Part shown: one piece after another, positions 21,104 through 34,021 of the stretch
Position numbering within the stretch: position 1 is the stretch's first letter
Layout: every line of letters begins with the position of its first letter
DNA from: Macrostomum lignano
Taxonomy: Eukaryota
Direction of reading: 5' to 3'
DNA: 34,021 nucleotides
NCBI GenBank assembly: GCA_002269645.1
Contig: NIVC01003247.1
Location: 1-34,021 of the forward strand
Notes under the pieces: generated by a model
Told to the model about the DNA's origin: nothing
Seen by the model: only the letters and a program-made list of their open reading frames with translations
The model's database searches: none
Translations under genes and position numbers: made by a program

Positions 21104-24100
21104 ATGGCGTCGGTGCCGGCTGTTCAGTCCTTGCTGCTGTTGCTGCTGTTTCTGTTGCTCAGCTTGCGCGGTACAGCCGGTGAGCTTACTGTAGTACATA
21201 CGAATCCCATATACGTTCCGTCAAAAATACAGACCTTTTACGCGTAAGTTCTGAAGACTGCCGGAAATCAAGAGACAGTCGATCTGCAAGCAGTTACGTC
21301 CATGTACCACAGGGTGTACAGCAGCCCTGACTTTCTCAACGTCAGCCATGTACAATTTCTGTGCCTTGGTGGTTGGCCTTCATTGGCGAGAATCGCACGA
21401 CAAGCTTCAGGCATATTTTCGTGCGCCTGACCCAAAATAAGCAAAAAAGCACAAATTTAAATCTAGGAGGTTAGTGTTAGCGCTGAGCCACTCCAGAAAG
21501 GCAGGCATTCCTTAAACCACACCTGAACACTAATTACGGACACACTTGAAATCGAGCGGTATGGTCCTGTAGCTGCACCCTCTGCTCAAATTGCAGCTGG
21601 CTGCGTCACTAGTCAATTACATGCATGACGTCATTGGGTAATTCTATTGAGTAAATAATTTTTTTCATTTGTTTAGTCCTCCTAAGAGTTTTGCGGCTCT
21701 CACCAGCAGCTGCACAGCATGCTAATTATCTGTCTATCTTGATCATATATCTGGATTTGCTGGGTTCAAATTAGCCATAAGCCGACTGCTCAAGCAATAA
21801 ACACCGGATCACTATTCAAAGACTACTCAAGTTTCTAAGAATTCAAATAATTCAAAGAAAATTTTAGGAGGCCAGGTTTTTCCGTAAAAATACATTATGG
21901 AGATAGGAGATTTTCATTTTTTCAGCACAAAAATTGTTACTTTTTTACAGGAGGCAGACCCAATGTTCATCTTTTAATATGTCCTATCTCCGTAAATGAA
22001 GATGAAAATCTCCTATCTCCGTAATGTATTTTTACGGTAAAACCCGGCCTGGTAAAACCCGGCCTCCTAAAATTTTCGAATAAACTTAGTCATTCTACTT
22101 GAGTAGTCTGTACTACTACGCTCGTACTCGTAGAAACATTCCTCGAACTACCACATCCAAGATAGCAGATGGCAATCAACCTTTCTCGATGCCGTTCCAG
22201 TTCCTGCTCGATCTGCATGCACCAAGACCTGCGACCTGTTCAGCCAGGAGTGCCTGGATGAGCAGTGCATATGTAAACGGACCTGCCGGACGACTGGGCA
22301 CGAGTCTCGGGTTGGTGCGATTTCCTGGAATTATACCTGCAGTTTTTTACCGCATTTAAAAGTACATGTATACTTCTGTTGGAAATATTAAGTCAAATAA
22401 AAACTAAAACAATTTAGTTAGATCTTAGTTTAGAATTCAGATACTTTCATAGGGGACTCCATATATAGTAACTGTATTAATAATATAAGTATCAGTGTAA
22501 ACTTCAGTGGTCCTTGTACTAAGCACAGCTACTCACCAAAAAACATCAATCTCCGGTAATAATCGTCAAAACGTTTTTCGGTAGCTAGCTGATTAGTACG
22601 TTAAAATAGTGCAGCAGTTTTTTAAGGTTATCTCAGTAATTATAAAGAAAGTAGCATTGGAGCCTGCTGTCAGTAGCATATCATGATTGAACCACCCTAA
22701 CCCAAGCAGGTTTGCACAAAGAAAGGTTTCGAGTATCAGTCCAGGTGTCATTTCTTCCGCGACCAATGCCTGTGCAAAAGCCGCAGTGGGGACTGCCAAC
22801 ACCAGGGCGTGGAGAAGGACTACATTCTCATGTACAGCGCATGCCGGAGAACGGCCGGATTCTCCAGGGCGACCAGTTGTGAGACATGTGAAATCTCAAA
22901 CCTATTTCAACATCATCTGAGAACATTATAGTTTATCTTAAAACCTAGCCCGTTGTAACAGTATCGCTTTTGACCATCTAAATGGGAATTTGGACAATCA
23001 AAACGGGACGCCATAGACATTCAAGCCAGCCCACCGATCTCACCCTAGTCATGGACTTAAGCAGTTAAGCAAAGTCTACTGAGGGAAGCTTGGCCATAGA
23101 CTATAACTTTAGGCATTCAATACGGGAATCGGACTGAGATTTTATAGCTCTCTGTCCCTCCCTCCCATGTTTGCTCGTCTTTGGCCTGAAAGCGACCCAA
23201 TTCAATGGCGCCACCAATTCCTGTAGCAGATCTGTCAGCAGCTGACTGATGCGATTGAACAGAGGGCCATCCATCGCAGGGGCTGCAAGAATCTTGCAAA
23301 TCAAGAAAGCAACCGCATTCCGAATCGCAAATACATTAAATTTGGGCGAATTCCCATTTTGATTGTTCATTCCACATTCTAAGGTTGTGTATTCCCAAGC
23401 AGCCCAAGTCTGTGGTCTGGCTTGAATGTCTATGGCGTCCTGCTTTGACTGTCCGAATTCCCATTTGCGTCGTAGATCTTCAAAAGCGATACGAGGTGAG
23501 GAGAGGAGAGAGGAGAGGAGAGGAGAGAGGAGCGGCGAGGAGAAGAGAGAGGAGAGGAGAGAGGAGAGGAGAGTTCCCTCGTAGTGTTTAGTGACTTTAA
23601 TAAAACGCACAGTCAGGTTTTCGTCATAAAGTTCCCTACGATAGCGTTTCCCGGGATGTATTTTTGCCATAGACATAGAACACCGAGTCGGGATTGTTCA
23701 TTTATATCAGGCGGACTTTGATTGCCTCGCTATACAGTATTTTTGTGTTTAGGACAACCGATCCGGAGTCCAACGAACTTTTGTGCAGAACAGAAGCATC
23801 CAGCTGTTCCATAAATAAGGGTTATAAATTCTGTAACCAGGGGATTATGCTAATTTGGAAAATGCTTACTTAAAGTGCCCTAGCATAAACAGTAGAATAT
23901 TAACGAAGAGTTTCACTCGAACAACCAGACATTCAGCAACTTCCCTTTGTTTTTATTGCATCTTTGCCAGCTGAAACAGTCGCAGCCCGGCCGCTGTCGG
24001 ATCCTCAGTGCGACAATTACAGCAGCAGACTGGCCGCCTGGTTGAGCTACGCACTCACTCTGAAACTGGTGAGCAGGCGGATTTGCTGGCTACTCCGGAA

Positions 24101-27100
24101 GCACAGCAATAGGATTTTAAAGTGGAAAGCTGCTCTACAACCTGAAAGAAAAGGAATAAAAGGAGGATAGCTACAGACAGGAGAGACTGCATGTAAAAAG
24201 AGGGAGAAGAGACGAAAGGAGATAGGAGAGAGGAGAGGAGAGAAGAGAGGAGAGGAGATGAGAGGAGAGGAGAGAGGAGAGGAGAGAGGAGAGGAGAGGA
24301 GAGGAGAGGAGAGGAGAGGAGAGAGGAGAGGAGAGAGGAGAGGAGAGGAGAGAGAAGAGGAGAGGAGATGAGAGAAGAGGAGAGAGGAGAGGAGACGAGA
24401 GAGGAGAACGGGGCTGAGCCAGTCAGCTCATCACTGAACCTGCCCTGCTGCAAACAGTCCGAGTCGATGGTGTCGCTGCACGACTTCGAGGCAGATGAGT
24501 ACACCAACGGCCTGTACACCAACGAGCTGCTGGTCTTCGCCCACTGTCGCACCGGGCCCGCAGAACGGTCGAGTTGCTGAACTTCTACCCCGTGGAGACT
24601 GTGCAGTTCGATAACCGCATTCCGTCCATGTGGTTCTGCCTGCTGGACTCCGACATAAACGGGTGAGCAGCAGGTTGCATAGTGGGTCACAGAGACTTCT
24701 GTACCAGTATATCTGGACGAGAAGCCTTCTTAATTCAGTCGAGTGTTCAAAACTCGAGTAGCATCACTTTGAAATTAAATGCAGCAGTGTGAAGCTAGAC
24801 CCACTTCCGGTCCAGGTGTATAGTGCTCTTTGACCTAGTGAGATATTGGGGTGGGGTGCGGGACGACTTCCAGTCCAGGTGTATAGTGCTCTTTGACCTA
24901 GTGAGATCGTGGGGTGGGATGCGGGACGACTTCCAGTCCAGGTGTATAGTGCTCTTTGACCTAGTGAGATATTGGGGTGGGGTGCGGGACGACTTCCAGT
25001 CCAGGTGTATAGTGCTCTTTGACCTAGTGAGATATTGGGGTGGGATGCGGGACGACTTCCAGTCCAGGTGTATAGTGCTCTTTGACCTAGTGAGATATTG
25101 GGGTGGGGTGCGGGACGACTTCCAGTCCAGGTGTATAGTGCTCTTTGACCTAGTGAGATATTGGGTGGGGTGCGGGACGACTTCCAGTCCAGGTGTATAG
25201 TGCTCTTTGACCTAGTGAGATCATGGGGTGGGGTGCGGGACGACTTCCAGTCCAGGTGTATAGTGCTCTTTGACCTAGTGAGATCATGGGGTGGGATGCG
25301 GGACGACTTCCAGTCCAGGTGTATAGTGCTCTTTGACCTAGTGAGATCATGGGGTGGGGTGGGGTGAGGGTGAGACACGAAAAATAAATATTTTATGCTT
25401 TGCTAATTACCGACGTACCTGCAGAGTCAAGCACTCGATTCCGCATTAGTCTGTGAGGCATTCGGTACTTTGAAAACTAAAAAAGTTGCTACTCGACTGG
25501 ATTCGAGCAATCCAAGAATTGGTTAGGAAAATATTTTTCAAATGAAAATTGTCAACTCGCGTCTCCGCGCCCCGCAGCTGGCTGGATGAGAAGGAGATGG
25601 ACCAGCTGACTCGGGTGCTGCTGCCGCAGGACGCCTGCATCGAAGCCTTCCTGACCGGCTGTCTGCAGGGCGGCCGCTCTGCCGGCCTGGCAGCCTGGCA
25701 GGGCCCGGACTGCTTCCGGCTGAGAGAGGGTAACATCGCACGGGAGTTGAGGGAGTAAGCGGATGGGACAGCGAGACTTCCAGGTTGGAGTCTGAGGGTT
25801 AGAGGGATGGGGGAGAGTCTGAGGATTAGAGGGATGGGGGAGGGTCTGAAGATTAGAGGGGTGGGGGAGAGTCTGAGGATTTGAGGGATAGGGGAGGGTC
25901 TGAGGATTAGAGGGGTGGGGAGAGTCTGAGGATTAGAGGGGTGGGGAGAGTCTGAGGATTAGAGGGGTGGGGAGAGTCTGAGGATTAGAGGGGTGGGGGA
26001 GGGTCTGAGGATTAGAGGGGTGGGGGAGAGTCTGAGGATTAGAGGGGTGGGGGAGAGTCTGAGGATTAGAGGGATAGGGGAGGGTCTGAGGATTTGAGGG
26101 ATAGGGGAGGGTCTGAGGATTAGAGGGATAGGGGAGGGTCTGAGGATTAGAGGGGTGGGGAGAGTCTGAGGATTTGAGGGATGGGGAGAGTCTGAGGATT
26201 TGAGGGATGGGGAGAGTCTGAGGATTAGAGGGATGGGGAGGGTCTGAGGATTAGAGGGGTGGGGAGAGTCTGAGGATTAGAGGGATGGGGGAGGGTCTGA
26301 GGATTAGAGGGGTGGGGGAGAGTCTGAGGATTAGAGGGATAGGGAGGGTCTGAGGATTAGAGGGATAGGGGAGGGTCTGAGGATTAGAGGGATAGGGGAG
26401 GGTCTGAGGATTAGAGGGGTGGGGAGAGTCTGAGGATTAGAGGGATGGGGAAGGCTCTGAGGATTAGAGGGGTGGGGGAGAGTCTGAGGATTAGAGGGAT
26501 GGGGAGAGTCTGAGGATTAGAGGGGTGGGGAGAGTCTGAGGATTAGAGGGATGGGGAGGGTCTGAGGATTAGAGGGGTGGGGAGGGTCTGAGGATTAGAG
26601 GGGTGGGGGAGAGTCTGAGGATTAGAGGGATGGGGGAGAGTCTAAGGATTAGAGGGATGGGGGAGAGTCTGAGGATTAGAGGGGTGGGGGAGAGTCTGAG
26701 GATTAGAGGGGTGGGGGAGAGTCTGAGGATTAGAGGGGTGGGGGAGAGTCTGAGGATTAGAGGGGTGGGGGAGAGTCTGAGGATTAGAGGGGTGGGGGAG
26801 GGTCTGAAGATTAGAGGGGTTTGGGGAGAGTCTGAGGATTAGGTAGAGGTTTAAGAGTGAGGCGAGGCTTGGATGGATGGTCTAAGCAAGGAGGGGGATG
26901 GGATGGAGGTGAGGCGGAGGTAGGGAGGGATCGGGGAGACGGTGCTACCCTGTAGTTAAGCGTTAGAAGGTGAACTGTGTAAGTTAAAGAGAATTGTAGA
27001 AAAAAATTAAATGCAAGGCTTCGGAAATTCTGCTGCAAAAATTTCTGACAAAGGGCAGTCATGAATTTCCAGCTACAAATTAGCGCTACAACCCAGTCGC

Positions 27101-27642
27101 AAAGTTTATCGCAACAAAACAATTGCCTCGTGTCTTCAAAGCGCCGATGAAGTGATAAAAATAGACAGAACTTTTTGCGATGGGGAAGGCTACACAGTAC
27201 TCAGATGTAGAGCTTGAAGCAGTTGCCTAGTGGTTGTAGCCTAGTGGTTAGAGCGTCTGACTCACGACTGAAAGGTCGGGGGTTCGTTTCCCGATCCACT
27301 CGGAACAATCTGTGTCATTGAGCAAGATACTTTAACTCTGCATTGCTTCAGTTCACCCAGCTGTAAAATGGGTGCCAGCATTAGCTGGGGTAATTGAGGG
27401 TGTGTGGCGACCCCCAGTCCTTGGACTGAACAGCCGTACGCAGCCTTCAGATGCGCCGCGCAATAGCTGCGGCTGAGCTGTCGGTTGCACATCTGCCCAT
27501 TTGGGGCAGGTGTAATAAATAATAATAATAATATTAAGCAGTGAGCAATGGATGCCTAGCTGGAAATTAATTTTACATTCTGACCAACAAATAACAAAAT
27601 TTTTGTTTTGCAGGCGACATCCAGCCGTCCTGCGACCTTTGA
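21104..27642 (+). CDS. SPARC: SPARC/osteonectin (BM-40)-like secreted protein, 7 exons, ~247 aa
   Basis: Exons 21104-21179, 22201-22310, 22710-22878, 23971-24068, 24458-24567, 25578-25729, 27614-27642, with consistent phases. Signal peptide MASVPAVQSLLLLLLFLLLSLRGTA. Follistatin/Kazal module C..C...QEC....CICKRTC..VCTKKGFEYQSRCHFFRDQCLC..C..YSAC. EC domain YSSRLAAWL ... VLLPQDACIEAFLTGC ... CFRLREGDIQPSCDL*. This parallels FPxRMxDWL, PLIPMEHC..FF..C and the invertebrate C-terminal Cys. The exon 3 and exon 5 donors are less certain. Confidence 0.85.
21820..22109. mobile_element. MITE/foldback-like inverted repeat in SPARC intron 1
   Basis: Arms 21858-21917 and 22002-22076 (aaaattttaggaggcc..ccgtaaaaatacatta..ggagataggagattttcat and its reverse complement), plus outer agactactcaag / cttgagtagtct. 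Confidence 0.8.
22961..23492. mobile_element. MITE-like element with ~70-bp imperfect terminal inverted repeats in SPARC intron 3
   Basis: The left arm gtatcgcttttga..aaatgggaatttggacaatcaaaacgggacgccatagacattcaagccag is the reverse complement of 23417-23492, including an exact 23-bp stretch. Confidence 0.8.
23498..23572. repeat. (GAGAG)n polypurine microsatellite
   Basis: Direct reading. Confidence 0.9.
24200..24410. repeat. (GAGAG)n polypurine microsatellite in SPARC intron 4
   Basis: Direct reading. Confidence 0.92.
24806..25370. repeat. 63-bp minisatellite, ~9 copies, SPARC intron 5
   Basis: Period 63 (24871 vs 24934); gives the 21-aa repeat ORFs. Confidence 0.95.
25787..26842. repeat. 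26-27-bp G-rich minisatellite (gggagagtctgaggattagaggggtgg), ~40 copies, SPARC intron 6
   Basis: Direct tandem copies. Confidence 0.95.
27224..27535 (+). mobile_element. tRNA-derived CORE-type SINE, copy 2 (longer, likely full-length), 7-bp TSD aagcagt
   Basis: A-box tagcctagtgg (duplicated), B-box ggttcgtttccc, core gtcattgagcaagatact..ttcagttcacccagctgtaaaatggg, (aat)n tail. TSD at 27217-27223 and 27536-27542. Confidence 0.9.
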
Positions 27643-28108
27643 TCTGGCCGGCACTGGGAATTCGAATGCGGAACTGACCCCAGCGCAGCAACTGGCCGCT
27701 GATACAGAGTAAACACGTCATACTATCTCACTCATCGAACACTTTCACCCGTTTGTTGTGCTTCTCTGATTAATCAACAAGATTATAGTTCTATTTGTGT
27801 TCTCTCAACATTTTTTTAAACGAAACCGATAGCTAACCGGAGCTGGAAGGTGGAGTGGCAGCCATGGCCAGCTGAAGAAAAAGGACGCTAAGCTCGATTT
27901 TCTTAGAATCGGATTTTTCTAGCGGTCTTGGGTTGATCAAAGAAGTTTTTTCAAGCTTACACAAACAGCTTCAATCAAGCAGGGGTTGTCGCAACTTTAC
28001 TAAACAAAATGCAATTAAGAAAATACTACAATGAAATCAGTCTATTTGTGCCTAGATATGGAGTTTTGGGAATTCGGGAATGTAATAGGGGGATTAAAGG
28101 TTTTTGGG

Positions 28109-28290
28109 GCCAACCCTCAAGGCGCAGTGAAGTGTACATGCCTAACGATAAATAAAGTTAGGGCTGCTGTACACTCCTGTGTGAGTGTGTGCCTGTGCGT
28201 ATGACTGCGTACGTATCCGCGCGCTTGTGCGCCTGCTCAGGGGAGTCGGCGGAATGGGCAGCAATGCCTCTCGCCGGTTGTGTGACAATG
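28109..28290 (+). repeat. Dispersed hairpin-containing element, copy B
   Basis: Shares gccaaccctcaaggc..agtgtacatgcc..tgtacac..ctgtgtgagtgtgtgcctg and a downstream gcggaatgggcagcaatgcctc block with copy C. Confidence 0.8.
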
Positions 28291-28508
28291 TCGCTTAAAG
28301 TGCGGGTGCAGGGTGCACACAAAGTATTATAATTAGCTAAAACCAACGAATTGCGAGTTTTTTTTACAGAGATTTGATTTCACCTGAAACGAGTCAGGCG
28401 GTAAATTATAAGCTTAAATCAGTACAGAAAATACACTAAGAAACGTGCGCAAATATTCATTTAAGGCTTTTATGCTCGAAAATTTGTTGTGCGAGTCATA
28501 CCCATTAG

Positions 28509-28810
28509 AGCCAACCCTCAAGGCACACAGAGTGTACATGCCTGGCGATTAGAAAGTCAAAGGGCCAGTGTACACCCTGTGTGAGCGGGTGTGTGAGTGT
28601 GTGCCTGCGTACAGCATTGGTGCTAACCTATACTGCGCTACCTAAGGGCTACCGGGCGAGCGACAATCCACCTCCTGGACTCTCCGGAGGGGGACCGCGC
28701 TGCGGACACCGGCGCCACCGGAACTCCCTGCGCGACACCGCAGCACCAGCTGCCCGTGGTCGCCAGGGGCTAGCGAAATGGGCGGCAACGCCTCCTCGCT
28801 GTTTCCGGAC
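28509..28810 (+). repeat. Dispersed hairpin-containing element, copy C
   Basis: 15-bp stem cacacagagtgtaca / tgtacaccctgtgtg (1 mismatch); homologous to copies A and B. Confidence 0.8.
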
Positions 28811-29103
28811 GCACGGAGCCCCCTGCAGCTGAGTCTAAGTCTAAGTCTCCTATCTCTACAGCACTCTACTTATTAAAACAGCACCCTCCTATTCTAGACT
28901 ATTTTGGGTGGCCACTAGCCTACCTCACGGGCAGCAAAATGGCAGTGCGAAAAAAACATAAAAAGGTCATATTCTTATCAAATACAGTCAACAGGATTCT
29001 GGGAGCAAAAATTTACAAAATCGTGTTAGGTATTTTTGGTCATATCAAGGAATGCACTTTATGACGCTCATCCCATGACCTTATAGTTGGAAAGGTAGCG
29101 CAT

Positions 29104-33252
<4,149 letters not shown>

Positions 33253-33707
33253 CTGCTCGGGATTCGGGATCACGAGGCGCGGGCCGGTCGGTGCAAGCTC
33301 CCTAATTAATTTCGCCGCAAGCCCCAGAGAAAGTCATTATCCGCTTTGAATCCCCCCGGGTTGAGGCAATTTTCCAGCAGCGCATTCGCCAGATTTTTAC
33401 TTTGTCGAACTAATTTCGAGAGCCCGCCGTCCTGGCAGGATAATCAGCGGCTATTTGAATGCGGAGTCTCGCATTCGAAGGGATTGCAAAGCTCGCTAAT
33501 CGCTTAATTAGGGAGCGGAGGAGTTGAATTAGCGATGAGCCGTCTCGTTCGAGTTTTTCAAAGAGGCCAAACTTGGAGTGCATCGAACTTGTCTGCGCGA
33601 AGGCGGAGTTCGAACTGCCGAAGGTAGATGAGATTTGAGGAGGACTGGCTGCCGGTTCAATGGCAGAAAGTTTTCCCTTGGGCGAATGAAAGTAACGAAA
33701 TTAGGTT

Positions 33708-34021
33708 CCAATGACCAGCTGGAAGTCATTGGAACTAGATCTCAATGACCAGCTGGAAGTCATTGGAACTAGATCTCAATGACCAGCTGGAAGTCATTGA
33801 ACTAGATCTCAATGACCAGCTGGAAGTCATTGGAACTAGATCTCAATGACCAGCTGGAAGTCATTGGAACTAGATCTCAATGACCAGCTGGAAGTCATTA
33901 GAACTAGATCTCAATGACCAGCTGGAAGTCATTAGAACTAGATCTCAATGACCAGCTGGAAGTCATTAGAACTAGATCTCAATGACCAGCTGGAAGTCAT
34001 TGGAACTAGATCTCAATGACC
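33708..34021. repeat. 34-bp minisatellite (aatgaccagctggaagtcattggaactagatctc), runs off the window end
   Basis: Direct tandem copies; each unit has an internal inverted repeat aatgac/gtcatt. Confidence 0.95.

Noticed and set aside
23101-23676. 191-aa minus-strand ORF inside SPARC intron 3
   Set aside because: It spans a MITE arm and a (GAGAG)n tract (LLSS repeats) and shows no recognisable domain.
27614-27711. Alternative SPARC last-exon frame ATSSRPATFDL...DTE*
   Set aside because: The upstream donor is phase 1, giving GDIQPSCDL*, which matches the invertebrate SPARC C-terminal Cys.
28531-28583. Intact hammerhead ribozyme in the hairpin element
   Set aside because: CUGANGA is exact only in copy A, and no copy can form helix III with the A15.1-U16.1 pair and UH cleavage triplet. 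At best it is degenerate.
33529-33729. Upstream cyclase exon (FVTFIRPRENF, similar to the HNOBA IIRP motif)
   Set aside because: The similarity is short and I could not define splice sites and phase, so it is not included in the gene model.

Overview
Eukaryotic (metazoan) genomic DNA, most likely the flatworm Macrostomum lignano or a close relative. That inference rests on a match to the M. lignano spliced leader recalled from memory, GC-rich exons and minisatellite-packed introns. Four protein-coding genes can be assembled by hand from GT-AG splice sites with consistent phases. (1) A FERM-domain (band 4.1-like) gene on the minus strand: 9 firm exons at 1401-12886, possibly starting near 20 kb. 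(2) An intronless class A peptide-type GPCR (minus, 15881-17186) with one frameshift, possibly nested in a FERM intron. (3) A 7-exon SPARC/osteonectin-like gene (plus, 21104-27642) lacking the acidic domain and with degenerate EF-hands. (4) The 3' half of a beta2/GCY-35-like soluble guanylate cyclase (minus, 29104-33252) ending in a CaaX box and carrying three single-C deletions. About one third of the window (~11.5 kb) is tandem repeats, about 18 unrelated arrays, mostly one or two per intron. There are also two CORE-type tRNA SINEs, two MITE-like foldbacks, a Gypsy integrase fragment and a three-copy hairpin element. The most notable observation is a variant spliced-leader (SL) RNA-like gene inside a FERM intron, with a SINE inserted exactly at its 5' end, flanked by a target-site duplication.
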